64,000 nucleotides of DNA, taken from assembly GCA_028825265.1 (NCBI GenBank), contig JAPKAM010000003.1, positions 3,547 through 67,546 of the forward strand, written 5' to 3'. The translations under genes and the position numbers were made by a program. This DNA comes from Planctomycetota bacterium (lineage in GTDB: Bacteria; Planctomycetota; UBA8108; UBA1146). This document shows, one piece after another, positions 41,513-52,097 of the stretch (its first letter is position 1; every line of letters starts with the position of its first letter). The notes under the pieces were generated by a model. That model was not told the origin of the DNA. It saw nothing but the letters and a program-made list of their open reading frames with translations, and did no database searches.

Positions 41513-42544
41513 CTACAGTTCGCGCCGGACCACGAATCCGGCAAGTTTCTCGAGCCGATCTCGCGCGGCACTTTGCTTGGCACTTCCACGAAGTTCCTCC
41601 AGCGCGTTTCCGATCGTATCGGTCGCTCGCTGCTGGACCTTTTCGAGGATTCCCTCCTGATCAAACCACTGCATCAACTGTGCATGGGCGGTGCTGTCAG
41701 ACTGGCCTGAAGCGGCCGCTTCCAGCAAGGACATCAGCCTACTCCGGCTCGCCTCATCGAGCCCGTCTCTCAACAGGATCAGTGGCAATGTCATCTTGCC
41801 GTTGACCAGATCGGTTCCGAGTGACTTGCCGACCTTCTCCTGATCCCCGATCAAGTCGAGAGCATCATCTGCGATTTGGAACGCCGTTCCAAGCAGTATC
41901 CCGAAGCGCTCCAGTGCGTCCGCTTGCTCGACACTGGCCCCCGAGAGGGTCGCGCCCAGGCGACAGGAGAGGCCGTACAGGATCGCAGTCTTGCGGTGGA
42001 TGATCTGGAAGTACTGCTCCTCTGTCAGGTTCAGATCTCCAGCACTACCCACCTGTAACATCTCACCGATGCAGATTTCGCGCGTGCACTCCGCCAGTTG
42101 CCGGGCGGCACCCTCGACCTCGGTCGAGATCACGAATCCGCGCGCATAGATAATATCTCCGAGCAAGATGGCCGCCCGATCCCCGTAACGGCTATGGATC
42201 GTATCGACCCGACGGCGAATCTCCGCCTGATCGAGCAGATCATCATGGACCAGGGTTGCGGTATGAATCAGCTCCACCACTGCGGCACAGAGAATGTGAT
42301 CCTGGTGGACATCGCCAAAGCACTTGCCCGCCAGAAACACGCACGCCGGTCGGATCTGCTTGCCCCTGAATTGAGCCAGATGCTCGAGTAATTCGTGAAC
42401 GAATGGCTCGGATGATGCGAACTCGACTTGAAGATATTCGCGCAGCGCATTCATTTCCTCGACGATCGGTTCGTAGAGGCTTGCCAGTGCTAGTGATTTT
42501 TCAATGGGACTCTCTTCGACGGCTCCACCGTTGCCCAAGATCAC
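41513..42544 (-). CDS. polyprenyl diphosphate synthase (trans-IPPS family)
   Basis: LIHTATLVHDDLLD (first DDxxD) and FQIADDALD (second DDxxD). Confidence 0.85.
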   Translation of the reverse strand: MILGNGGAVEESPIEKSLALASLYEPIVEEMNALREYLQVEFASSEPFVHELLEHLAQFRGKQIRPACVFLAGKCFGDVHQDHILCAAVVELIHTATLVHDDLLDQAEIRRRVDTIHSRYGDRAAILLGDIIYARGFVISTEVEGAARQLAECTREICIGEMLQVGSAGDLNLTEEQYFQIIHRKTAILYGLSCRLGATLSGASVEQADALERFGILLGTAFQIADDALDLIGDQEKVGKSLGTDLVNGKMTLPLILLRDGLDEASRSRLMSLLEAAASGQSDSTAHAQLMQWFDQEGILEKVQQRATDTIGNALEELRGSAKQSAARDRLEKLAGFVVRREL

Positions 42545-43683
42545 CTGACGGCACCACCGACGGTGGGAAGATCATCGATCGGATGGAGGGGCAGGGCGAA
42601 GGCCTTACTCACTCCACGATGGAAGACCTTTCCATGACTGACATTGAGACCCTGGGCCTTGAGTATGTCGCGCTGAACAAAGGCGTGGAGTCCAGCCGAA
42701 GCCAGTTCGAACAGATAAGGCTGGGTTGCATTGGTCAGAGCAAAGGTCGAGGTACGGGACACGGCACCGGGCATGTTGGCCACGCAGTAGTGCACAACAC
42801 CGTCGATGACGTAGGTCGGGTCCGCATGGGTGGTCGGCTTACTGGTCTCGACGCAGCCGCCCTGATCCACCGCAACATCGACGATGACCGAGCCCTTGGG
42901 CATCTCCTTGAGCCACTCCTTGGGTACCAGAATCGGGGCTCGATCGCCGGCCACCAACACCGCTCCGATGACCAGATCTGCCTGCTTTACCGCCTCATGG
43001 ATGGCAAAAGAGGTCGAGAAGCAGGTGTTGACGTTGGCAGGCATCGTTTCATCGAGGTAGCGCAATCGCTCCAGATCGATGTCAAAGATCTTCACCCGTG
43101 CCCCGAGACCGGCGGCCATCCGAGCCGCATTGGCGCCCACCACTCCTCCACCGAGGACCACGACGCGACCCGGTTCGACACCCGGAACTCCCGGTAAGAG
43201 CACTCCCCGGCCGCCATTCTGGCACTGCAAACTTCTGGCTCCCGCCAGCACCGACATTCTACCGGCCACCTCGCTCATCGGAGTCAGCAGTGGCAGCGAT
43301 CCGTTGGCTCCCTCGATGGTCTCGTAAGCCACTGCGGAGACACCCGAGTCGAGGCATGCATCGGTCAATTCCCGAGATGCAGCAAAATGGAAGTAGGTGA
43401 AGACGATCAAATCGCGGCGTAGGTACTGATATTCAGATGCGAGAGGTTCCTTGACCTTGACGATGATCTGCGATTGTTCCCACACCTGGGATGCCGTCTC
43501 GATCATCTTGCAACCGGCACGGACATATTCCTCATCCGAGATGCCACTTCCCAGGCCTGCATTTTCCTCCACCAGCACGGTGTGTCCCGCCTGGGTCAAG
43601 AGATAGGCTCCGGAGGGCACCAACGAGACTCGCTGCTCTTGCTGCTTGATCTCCTTGGGAACGCCAATCGTGCTCACGGTCAT
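42541..43683 (-). CDS. ald: alanine dehydrogenase
   Basis: MTVSTIGVPKEIKQQEQRV... and VLGGGVVGANAA Rossmann motif. Trimmed from the track ORF to the canonical start. Confidence 0.85.
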   Translation of the reverse strand: MTVSTIGVPKEIKQQEQRVSLVPSGAYLLTQAGHTVLVEENAGLGSGISDEEYVRAGCKMIETASQVWEQSQIIVKVKEPLASEYQYLRRDLIVFTYFHFAASRELTDACLDSGVSAVAYETIEGANGSLPLLTPMSEVAGRMSVLAGARSLQCQNGGRGVLLPGVPGVEPGRVVVLGGGVVGANAARMAAGLGARVKIFDIDLERLRYLDETMPANVNTCFSTSFAIHEAVKQADLVIGAVLVAGDRAPILVPKEWLKEMPKGSVIVDVAVDQGGCVETSKPTTHADPTYVIDGVVHYCVANMPGAVSRTSTFALTNATQPYLFELASAGLHAFVQRDILKAQGLNVSHGKVFHRGVSKAFALPLHPIDDLPTVGGAVR

Positions 43684-44119
43684 TTTCGGACTCCTTCTGC
43701 ACTCTGAATAAGAGGTCTCACCAGCGATGAGAACCGACCAGGCCGACAAGATTCGAATCGAATTCCCTCGAATCCGATGATCTTCCTGCCGTGGGGTCAC
43801 CGCCACCACTGTCAATTGATGAAGGCCCCGCAAGCCCGATCACCATCGCTGACATCGCCAGCCAACCCGATCCAACTCAAGCCTAGCCCCAGATTCTACT
43901 TCTGGCGTGATGGCGTGACAAGCGATGCCGCCCTGAAGGCTTCCCTGAAGTACTTTTGATGGCATTTCCCGGCGATTCGGCCCCGCAGATCCGGCACTGC
44001 GGGTGGTTGCCTGACCTTCAGCGCCAGCAGACATCTCCAGATCCACGATTGTGGACTGGACGGCCGCGGTTCCAGCGGGTTCGATGAGACCAGATTCAGC
44101 GGGACAAGGAGGTCATCAG

Positions 44120-44761
44120 GTGTGCCCATCGGAACATGATTCTGGCCCGCTGGCATTGCTAGGTGGGGTCTTCGACCCGATTCATCGAGGCCATGTCGAA
44201 CTGGCACGAGCCGCATTACAACTCCCCGAAGTCACGGAGGTGCGGTGGATCCCGTGCCAGATTCTGCCCCACTCCAAGACCCCTCCGCTGGCTCCTGCAG
44301 CCGCTCGCCTCGACATGGTGCACTCTCTCTGTTCGCAGACCGACGAATTTCTCTGTGACCCGTTGGAATTCCACCGAACGGGTCCTTCCTGGACCATCGA
44401 CACGGTGCGCCACTACCACGACCAGCAACCGGATCGACCCATCCTGTGGCTGATCGGCTCGGACAACATTCAGTACATCGGTAAATGGAAAGATGCAGAG
44501 GAGTTGTGGCAGCGAGCGATCCCAGTGGCGGCTCACCGTCCAGGGACTCCCCTACGCCTCCAACGAAGCCACCTCCCCTTCCTCGATGATGCTCGCTGGG
44601 AACAGGTGATCTCATGGCAATTGCCGCTGATCTCAGAGGATATCTCTTCGACGAGGATCCGGGCGATGTTAGCCGCAGGAGAACCGGTCGGGGATTGGAT
44701 CCCGCAGTCGATTCACCAGATCATCCGGTCTGGAGGCTGGTACTCATCCGGTTCTCCTTGA
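44120..44761 (+). CDS. nadD: nicotinate-nucleotide adenylyltransferase
   Basis: LLGGVFDPIHRGH and ISSTRIR motifs. GTG near 44120 is preceded by AAGGAGG; the ORF track begins at 44051. Confidence 0.8.
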   Translation: MCPSEHDSGPLALLGGVFDPIHRGHVELARAALQLPEVTEVRWIPCQILPHSKTPPLAPAAARLDMVHSLCSQTDEFLCDPLEFHRTGPSWTIDTVRHYHDQQPDRPILWLIGSDNIQYIGKWKDAEELWQRAIPVAAHRPGTPLRLQRSHLPFLDDARWEQVISWQLPLISEDISSTRIRAMLAAGEPVGDWIPQSIHQIIRSGGWYSSGSP

Positions 44762-44842
44762 TGATCCGGCCCGATGCGGCACCATCAGGAATCTCTGAAT
44801 CGTACGACGAGTGGATCGAGACACGAGCAGGAAGGAATCGAG

Positions 44843-46138
44843 ATGGCAAGAACAAGGGTTCGGGACCTCCCCGAAGCAACCGGAAATGAAGTGGTACTCC
44901 AGGGCTGGCTCTACAACCGCCGTTCCTCCAAGAAGATGCATTTCCTACAATTGAGAGATGGTTCCGGAATCGTCCAGTGCATCGTCACCAAGGATGACTT
45001 CGGCGATGAAGAATTCCTGAGCATCGGACAGATCCCCTACGAATCGGCCATCAAGCTGACCGGCATGGCACACGGGGATGACCGAGCCCCGGGTGGCGTC
45101 GAGGTTCACAGCAGCGCAGTCGAGTTGATCTCAGCCTCCGAGGATTACCCCATCGCCAAGCAGGATCACGGACCGGACTTCCTGCTCAGCCACCGCCATC
45201 TGTGGCTTCGCTCCAAAAAACAGGTCGCCTTGATGCGCATCCGTGACGAAGTGATCCGGACCATCCGAGACACGATGCACGATCGTGGCTTCACCTGCAT
45301 CGACGCACCGATCTTCACACCCAACTCCTGCGAAGGAACCAGCACCCTGTTCGAGGTCGATTACTTCGGTGAGGAAAAGGCTTTCCTGACCCAGAGTGGT
45401 CAGCTTTACATGGAGGCGGCAGCCATGGCCCTCGGCGATGTCTACTGCCTCGGCCCCACCTTTCGGGCCGAAAAATCCAAGACTCGCCGACACCTGACCG
45501 AGTTCTGGATGTTCGAACCAGAGATGGCATTTGCTGATCTGGACGACGTGATGAACCTCGCCGAGCAGATGCTCGCGACCATCGTCGAACGAGTGCTAAA
45601 AAATCGGCGACAAGATCTCGAAGTGCTGGAGCGTGACATCGAGAAATTGAAAGCGGTCCAGTTGCCCTTCCCTCGCATCAGTTACGACGACGCCGTCCAG
45701 AGGTTGAACGACGAGGGGCACCCCTTCGAATGGGGCGGCGACCTCGGAGCTCCCGATGAAGCCATCATCTCATCCTGGTTCAATAGTCCTGTGATGGTCC
45801 ACGGCTACCCCGAGGCGGTGAAAGCCTTCTACATGAAGCGTGACCCTAACGATCCGCGGATCGCTCAAGGGGTCGATGTCCTCGCTCCCGAGGGTTACGG
45901 CGAAATCATCGGTGGGGGCCAGCGGGAAGACGACCTCGAGGTGTTGCTAGGCCGAATTCAGCAGCATCAGCTCTCCGAGGAGGATTTTCGCTGGTACCTG
46001 GATCTGCGGCGCTATGGTTCGGTGCCTCACGGTGGATTCGGGCTGGGAATCGAACGGACCATCTGCTGGTTAGCCGGGATCGAGCACGTTCGGGAATGTA
46101 TTCCCTTCCCCAGGATGCTTTATCGGATCTACCCCTGA
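44843..46138 (+). CDS. asnS: asparagine--tRNA ligase
   Basis: Class II motifs [12 protein letters not shown] and [16 protein letters not shown], about 430 aa. Trimmed to MARTRVRDL. Confidence 0.85.
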   Translation: MARTRVRDLPEATGNEVVLQGWLYNRRSSKKMHFLQLRDGSGIVQCIVTKDDFGDEEFLSIGQIPYESAIKLTGMAHGDDRAPGGVEVHSSAVELISASEDYPIAKQDHGPDFLLSHRHLWLRSKKQVALMRIRDEVIRTIRDTMHDRGFTCIDAPIFTPNSCEGTSTLFEVDYFGEEKAFLTQSGQLYMEAAAMALGDVYCLGPTFRAEKSKTRRHLTEFWMFEPEMAFADLDDVMNLAEQMLATIVERVLKNRRQDLEVLERDIEKLKAVQLPFPRISYDDAVQRLNDEGHPFEWGGDLGAPDEAIISSWFNSPVMVHGYPEAVKAFYMKRDPNDPRIAQGVDVLAPEGYGEIIGGGQREDDLEVLLGRIQQHQLSEEDFRWYLDLRRYGSVPHGGFGLGIERTICWLAGIEHVRECIPFPRMLYRIYP

Positions 46139-46188
46139 AGATTCTTGCACCGGTCACGCTCAGCGTTACAATCGGGTTTACATTCGAT

Positions 46189-46231
46189 CTGACTGCTCGG
46201 ATAGTCAGGTTCCTTGATTTGTTACTTTTTT
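46189..46231 (+). terminator. probable intrinsic terminator after asnS
   Basis: ctgact-gctcggat-agtcag hairpin followed by a T-rich tract (gttccttgatttgttacttttttgc). Confidence 0.45.
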
Positions 46232-46371
46232 GCTAGGAAACAACCCTTGACCAATGCATGCCGACTTTTCCCCCGGGGCGCGGGGGAAAGTGGTTCGGTT
46301 CCCGCCGACATTTTTCTTGGGAATGCCCCCTTTTTCTTGGGCCGATATCACTCAGCCCGGAGAGGATCCCG

Positions 46372-48441
46372 ATGCGATTTCTGTGCCCCACTTTCCCTCT
46401 TTCTGGGCCATTACTGCGTAAGGCCGCCAGTTCCTGGATGCTGATGCTGCTCCTCTGTGCCCCTCTTCAGGGCCAGAATGGCACCCTTCAGGTGGAAGTG
46501 AATCTCTGCGGTGCCAATTCTAATGGCAGCGATGTCGCGGTCAACACCAGTGATAACTCGGTCTGGACCATCGACAGTTCTAGCGGCAAAATTTGCGTGT
46601 TTTCGACCTCCAGCAATCCTCCGGGCCTCGCCCTCTCCAACATGATCGACCACCCCATCGGCGCCGCCGCGGCCCCGCTGTTTCAGCCGCAGTGCTCCGG
46701 ATTGGCCTACAACGAGAGTTCCAACACCTTCTGGATCCTCAATTCGACCTCCCTCGAACTACTGGAGATGGACACCTCTGGGGCTACCGTCAGTCTGCCG
46801 GTCCCCTTCGTCATCTCCGGATCCGCCTCGGGCCTCGCCTATGACTCCCTATCTGGAACCCTCTGGACCCGCGATACCGTCAACCAGCAAATGGTCGAAA
46901 TCGATCCGGCCACCGGCAACATCCTCTCGACCCTCGAGATTCCAGGATCCGAGTTTCGATACGGTTCGGGTCTGACCTACCGCTCTTCGACCACCGGCAT
47001 CGGGTACCTCGATTTCACCTACGGAACGGCCTTTGATGCGGGAATCGCTGAGGTCCGTTCCCTGGCCATCGGCACCGGAGGACTCGAATGCTCAGGAATC
47101 GATCTCGGTGCCAACGTCGACAATTCGCTGCTGGGAATCTGCTACAACGCTTCGGGCTCGAGTTTGATGGCGGTCACCACCACTCACTTGCTGCAGATCA
47201 ATGCCACTCAACCGGCGATTTACCCCCCTGCCGATCTGGTCTGCTTGGCTGACGGCGAAGGTGCCGTGAATCTCGAGTGGCGCAACTGTGGTCCCGGCGG
47301 CGGAGGTCTCTACACCCTTCTGAGGATCACCAGGAATGGTGCCATCGTCGACACCCTGCCCGGCTCTGCCACCTCGTGGGCCGATCTGTCCGCTCCGCTG
47401 GGACAAACGCATCAGTACCAGGTACAGGGCATCGTTGGCAATATCATCGAAACTTCCAGCTGTAGCGTGATTCATGGCCCCGGTGGACTGGTCAACTCGG
47501 TCAGTTTCGTCGGAGATCGACCGAGAGATCTGGCCTACGATGACGAGATGGACGACCTCTACGTCACTGAATCTTACAGCGGCGTGATTCATGTGCTCAG
47601 TTCCGACCTGAGCCTCAAACGCATCATCGATACCGGATTACCCAATCTACGCGGCATCGGATACAACCCGATCCTCGATGTGTTGCTGGTGAGCCGTGCG
47701 GGTAGTGGTCTGGTCACCTTCGTCGACCCCCTGACCGGCTCCCCACTCAGTTCATTTCCGTCAAACTCCACCTCCATCGATGCCATCAGCTACGACTCTG
47801 CAGCCGATGATTGGCTTCTGCTCGACAGCGCGTCGAGTCAAGTGTCGATCCGCAGGATGGAAGCGCTCGATGGCGCCGAGGGGAATCCACTCGGGATCAT
47901 CATTCCACCGAGTACCTCAGGGTTGCTGCTGGGTGGAGGCGTCTCCTCCTTCAAGGACGGGTCCCTCCTCAGCGGAGTGGAAAACCTGGGGGCCATCACC
48001 AGCGCCAGTCAGTTCTCCGGATTCGGATTCCCACTCAACTTCGATCTCCCGTTGTCGGAGATGGGGAACTCCCCTGACCTTCTCAGCAATGCAGTGACCG
48101 GCTTCGAGATCGTCGGAAGCACCCTGGTGGTCGCCGGCCAGGCCACCAACACCCTCTTCCAACTGCTGATCGTCAGTGACGGACCCGATTTCATCCGAGG
48201 AGATTCCGACTCCAGCGGCTCGGTCAACCTGGCAGACGCCATCTTCACCGCCACATGGATCTATGCAGGAGGCACCGCTCCCGACTGCAGAGACTCCTGC
48301 GATGCCAACGACGATGGCCAGTTGGACATTTCTGATCCCATCTTTACATTGCTACACCTGTTTACCGGAACTGCGGCTCCTCCAGCCCCCTATCCCACTT
48401 CTGGCCCAGATCCCACCTTTCTCGACCAGATTGATTGTTAA
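46372..48441 (+). CDS. secreted beta-propeller protein with C-terminal dockerin-like module (array member 1)
   Basis: Signal peptide MRFLCPTFPLSGPLLRKAASSWMLMLLLCAPLQG, repeated GLAYD/GLTYR-type blades, C-terminal FIRGDSDSSGSVNLADAI...CDANDDGQLDISDPIF...PYPTSGPDPT. RBS GGAGAGG before ATG 46372. Confidence 0.8.
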   Translation: MRFLCPTFPLSGPLLRKAASSWMLMLLLCAPLQGQNGTLQVEVNLCGANSNGSDVAVNTSDNSVWTIDSSSGKICVFSTSSNPPGLALSNMIDHPIGAAAAPLFQPQCSGLAYNESSNTFWILNSTSLELLEMDTSGATVSLPVPFVISGSASGLAYDSLSGTLWTRDTVNQQMVEIDPATGNILSTLEIPGSEFRYGSGLTYRSSTTGIGYLDFTYGTAFDAGIAEVRSLAIGTGGLECSGIDLGANVDNSLLGICYNASGSSLMAVTTTHLLQINATQPAIYPPADLVCLADGEGAVNLEWRNCGPGGGGLYTLLRITRNGAIVDTLPGSATSWADLSAPLGQTHQYQVQGIVGNIIETSSCSVIHGPGGLVNSVSFVGDRPRDLAYDDEMDDLYVTESYSGVIHVLSSDLSLKRIIDTGLPNLRGIGYNPILDVLLVSRAGSGLVTFVDPLTGSPLSSFPSNSTSIDAISYDSAADDWLLLDSASSQVSIRRMEALDGAEGNPLGIIIPPSTSGLLLGGGVSSFKDGSLLSGVENLGAITSASQFSGFGFPLNFDLPLSEMGNSPDLLSNAVTGFEIVGSTLVVAGQATNTLFQLLIVSDGPDFIRGDSDSSGSVNLADAIFTATWIYAGGTAPDCRDSCDANDDGQLDISDPIFTLLHLFTGTAAPPAPYPTSGPDPTFLDQIDC

Positions 48442-48620
48442 TCTGTCTGGATTGACAAACTCTCATTTGTTAATAAACTAGGATTACCCTTCGATCGAAG
48501 GGACCATTCCGATCCTGCCCCGCAGCAGGCCCGGGGGGGAAGAGTATTCATACCGGCCTATCCGGTATGAAGGGGATGAATTGCTTGCGGGGGGGCCTCG
48601 AGATGAGGCCTGTGGAGGAG

Positions 48621-50465
48621 ATGAAGATGAATACCTGTTTCAGACAGGTGTTCGTGGCTGTGTGGACGGTTCTGATCCTGACCCATTCGGTGCAGGCTCA
48701 GCAATCTCTCACCATCACGGACACCACCACCCAGGGCCTCGCGCCCTTTTCTACAACCGTAGAACTGACCAGTGACGCAGGAACTCAAGGCTATGTTCTA
48801 GCCGTGGGTTTCGACAACACCTTGTTGAACCCGACGGCAGCAACAGTGGAAGGAACAGATGTGGCCTCGATCGGCGCAGAACTGGTAGTCGCCGAGATCC
48901 TATCCGAGGGGCTCACCCTTGGCGTGGTTCTCGATACCGAAACTCCGTTCGAGGGTCAAGAGATCCCGGCCGGCGTCGGTACCAGTGTCGCCTTGCTCAG
49001 TTTCACGCCGACGACCTTATCTTCCACCTCGTTCACAACCCAGCTGCAGTTCCAGGATGGAGTGTTCAACTCTCCACCGCTGGACAACATCATCGTCCAG
49101 GCGGGACTCTCCGTCGATGCCACCGATGGCCTGATCCTGATCGATGGCACCGTGACGATCTCTCCTCCGCCACCCGACCAGTTGCGGGTCGAGGATGGCA
49201 CAGTACTCGCCGACGGCCAGTCGAGCAGCGAGACTCGGATCCTGCTCTCCAATAGCTCAGGTCCCGCACAGGGTTTCGTGGTCGCAGTGGCCCATGGACC
49301 TGACCAACTGACACTTCAGGAGATTTCTCTGGAGGGCACGATCACCCAATCGGTCGGTGTCGAGTTCGAGGTCATGAACCTGTACTCCGACGGTGGAACC
49401 GTAGGAGTGGTTCTCGATTTCACGCCTCCCTTTGATGGCCAGGTGATCCCGCAGGGAATCGACCAACACATTGCATCTTATCGCTACAGTTGTAACGAGA
49501 TCATCTACCTGCCCGAATCCGATCTGGTCACCGCGTTGACCCCGATCAATGGCTTCATCGGAACTCCTCCCCTCGACAACGTGATCGTCGTCGGCGGACT
49601 TTCGCTGTTCCCTTCACTCGAAGCGGGCTCGATGACCTGCATCGCGATTAATCCGCCGCCGGTGCACAACACAGTCATGACCGCGAAGGTCGAATTTGAT
49701 CTAGACTCCGGCAACTACGCATTCCACGGACAAACGGGAACTCTCAGTTTCTGCTACTCCGATCCCGATAACGAGATCCAGGGTATGACGATCACCGTCT
49801 GTTACGACTGTGATCTGACCCTCGAGGAAGGCACTTTCACTCTCGAGGGATCGATCGTGGAAATGGTCGGAGCCGAATACATCAACCACCAGGTCGATGA
49901 CGATTGCTCGGATGGAGAGACCGGAGAGTTGATCCTCGCAATCCTGCTCGACGCATTGCCTCCATTCGAGGGGCAGACGCTTCCTCCCACCTCAGAGGAA
50001 CTGCTGGTCGGAAGCATCCAGATCACCGTGGATGAGACCGCTGAATGCGACCTCGCCCAGGAGATCAACTTCTGTGACGACATCAACGGTAACGGTAGCG
50101 TGTTCCTCTACAACAACGTGGTCATCGACTACCTCTCGGTCCAGGATTTCCAACGTAATGGCACCAGCGTCGTCGTGGTTCCCCAGGAGATCTTCCAGCG
50201 GGGCGACTGCAACAGCGATGACAAGGTCGATCTAGCAGATGCCGCCACCACCATTGCAACTCAGTTCTCCGGGCTTCCGATCCTCTGTTCCGACGCCTGC
50301 GACTCCAATGATGACGGCGTCATCAATCTGGCCGACGCAGTGTACGGAATGAATTGGCTCTTCAAGTTCGGACCGACGCCACCCGAGCCTGGCCCGTTTG
50401 ACAATGGTCCTGATCCTACCGAGGACCAACTGCCAGTTTGTGATAGTGACGATACCGGCTGTTAA
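48621..50465 (+). CDS. secreted protein with three cohesin-like modules and C-terminal dockerin-like module (array member 2)
   Basis: Signal peptide MKMNTCFRQVFVAVWTVLILTHSVQA. Modules contain G.QGYVLAVGFDNTLL / AQGFVVAVAHGPDQLTL (cohesin-like G..f.l.YD..L pattern). C-terminal FQRGDCNSDDKVDLADA...CDSNDDGVINLADAV...PEPGPFDNGPDPT. RBS GGAGGAG before ATG ~48621. Confidence 0.8.
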   Translation: MKMNTCFRQVFVAVWTVLILTHSVQAQQSLTITDTTTQGLAPFSTTVELTSDAGTQGYVLAVGFDNTLLNPTAATVEGTDVASIGAELVVAEILSEGLTLGVVLDTETPFEGQEIPAGVGTSVALLSFTPTTLSSTSFTTQLQFQDGVFNSPPLDNIIVQAGLSVDATDGLILIDGTVTISPPPPDQLRVEDGTVLADGQSSSETRILLSNSSGPAQGFVVAVAHGPDQLTLQEISLEGTITQSVGVEFEVMNLYSDGGTVGVVLDFTPPFDGQVIPQGIDQHIASYRYSCNEIIYLPESDLVTALTPINGFIGTPPLDNVIVVGGLSLFPSLEAGSMTCIAINPPPVHNTVMTAKVEFDLDSGNYAFHGQTGTLSFCYSDPDNEIQGMTITVCYDCDLTLEEGTFTLEGSIVEMVGAEYINHQVDDDCSDGETGELILAILLDALPPFEGQTLPPTSEELLVGSIQITVDETAECDLAQEINFCDDINGNGSVFLYNNVVIDYLSVQDFQRNGTSVVVVPQEIFQRGDCNSDDKVDLADAATTIATQFSGLPILCSDACDSNDDGVINLADAVYGMNWLFKFGPTPPEPGPFDNGPDPTEDQLPVCDSDDTGC

Positions 50466-50568
50466 TGGCCCAATTTTAGAACAGTACTCCGAACTTGGAT
50501 CACACCAGGTCCGCAATTTAGAAGATCAGAGCAGCCCCCCGATGCTGTTCAGTGAAAGGAAGTGTTTC

Positions 50569-51843
50569 ATGCATACTCTACCAATCAGGCAGGTTTCTGC
50601 TGCCGTGATGCTGACCCTGGTGGTCTTCATCCACAGCAGTCTCTTTGGACAGAATCCAAATTTCCTCATGCATATGGACAGTGCAGATGTCCTCGGTGGA
50701 TCAACATTCACTACAACTGCAAAACTGGATGTCTTGCAGCCGACAGAAATTCAGGGCTGGAGTTTCAGTCTCTGTTCCAATCCTGCTGATCTGACCCCGT
50801 TGAGCGCAACACTCGGGGTCGACACCATGACAGTAAAAGGTGGATCTCCTCCTGACTTCGATACCACCCTTCTCTCCGCAGATGCAGTGTCGAATGGAGT
50901 CGTGATCTGCTTCACTGGCTGCTCTTCTCTGAGCGTGACGACGAATTTCGAACTTCTCAATGTGAACTACCAGGTCGAGGGATCCGTGGGACACACCACA
51001 TCCATCAACTACTGCACCGCAGGGACTCCAGGAGTCAGCACCCTAGTGGTGATCGCTGGCAACAGCGTGCCGCCAGTCGCAACGGGTGCAGACTTCACGG
51101 TCGTCAGTCCTAACTTCATGAAATTCGGTAACGGAACCGGAATCGCAGCTCAGAGCGCCTCGATGCCAGTGCTCGTTTCTACCATTCGCCCTCTCGATGG
51201 GCTGTCGATCGCTGGAGCCTACGACGGGGCGCTACTGTCCCTGTCAGGAGTTTCGGCTTCCGGGATCGCGAGCGGTGCGGACTTCATTTCAACTTCAGCA
51301 AACCTGGCTTCAGGTGAAATCGCTGCGGGTCTGATCATGGCCTTCAACACTTCCGTGGATATCCCGGTGGGTGATGATCAGGAGATCATGAGAATAGACT
51401 TCGCTGTCATCGGAGATCTCACCGGCCAAATGGAACCTGTTATTTCTCCAGTGAATTTCGTGCCCAGTGCCGGCAATCCGCCGATCCAAAACCTGATTGT
51501 GGATGGGAACTACCAGGAGACTCCGAATCTGGTCGATGGGGTCATCACCATTGTGAACTTCAACCCGTTCGTCAGGGGTGACTGTAATAGTGATGGAGGT
51601 CTCGTCAACATCGCTGACGGAATCGCCGTGCTTCAGTACCTGTTCCAGGGTGGTGCCACACCTTCCTGCCTCGATGGCTGCGACCTCGACGACAATGGGA
51701 TGATTGGTGTGGGCGACGCCGTCGGTGTCTTCAACTACCAGTTTGCCGGTGGTTCTCCTCCGGCTGCTCCGTTCCCGAATGCAGGAATCGATCCGACCAC
51801 AGGTGACGGAATCGGCTGTGACGGAGATGCGGACACCCAGTAG
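50569..51843 (+). CDS. secreted protein with two cohesin-like modules and dockerin-like module (array member 3)
   Basis: Signal peptide MHTLPIRQVSAAVMLTLVVFIHSSLFG. C-terminal FVRGDCNSDGGLVNIADGIAVLQYLFQGG...CDLDDNGMIGVGDAV. Confidence 0.8.
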   Translation: MHTLPIRQVSAAVMLTLVVFIHSSLFGQNPNFLMHMDSADVLGGSTFTTTAKLDVLQPTEIQGWSFSLCSNPADLTPLSATLGVDTMTVKGGSPPDFDTTLLSADAVSNGVVICFTGCSSLSVTTNFELLNVNYQVEGSVGHTTSINYCTAGTPGVSTLVVIAGNSVPPVATGADFTVVSPNFMKFGNGTGIAAQSASMPVLVSTIRPLDGLSIAGAYDGALLSLSGVSASGIASGADFISTSANLASGEIAAGLIMAFNTSVDIPVGDDQEIMRIDFAVIGDLTGQMEPVISPVNFVPSAGNPPIQNLIVDGNYQETPNLVDGVITIVNFNPFVRGDCNSDGGLVNIADGIAVLQYLFQGGATPSCLDGCDLDDNGMIGVGDAVGVFNYQFAGGSPPAAPFPNAGIDPTTGDGIGCDGDADTQ

Positions 51844-51912
51844 AGTGCTCCTCGATGGCAGACTGACCGTCGGACCATCGATAAAATTGAACAACGAATT
51901 GAACACCGACTT

Positions 51913-51951
51913 GGACTCCGGAGGCACTTCCCCTCCGGAGTCCTATTTTTT
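51913..51951 (+). terminator. rho-independent terminator between array members 3 and 4
   Basis: gactccggagg-cacttcc-cctccggagtc, a perfect 11-bp GC-rich stem followed by ctattttttcc. Confidence 0.65.
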
Positions 51952-52097
51952 CCGGGTATTCGATTCCTACTGGCAAATCCCGGGCCCGCCAACACCGTTG
52001 TCAGATGTGGATCAACGGCGAGGTGGTGATAGGATAGAAGCATGTTGAAATCTGGTGATGTTGCCAGATCCCTCTTCCAGAACAGGAGAGATTACAA

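Noticed and set aside
41449-41805. Plus-strand ORFs across the moaC / polyprenyl synthase junction
   Set aside because: Antisense to two well-supported minus-strand genes; Arg/Pro-rich composition.
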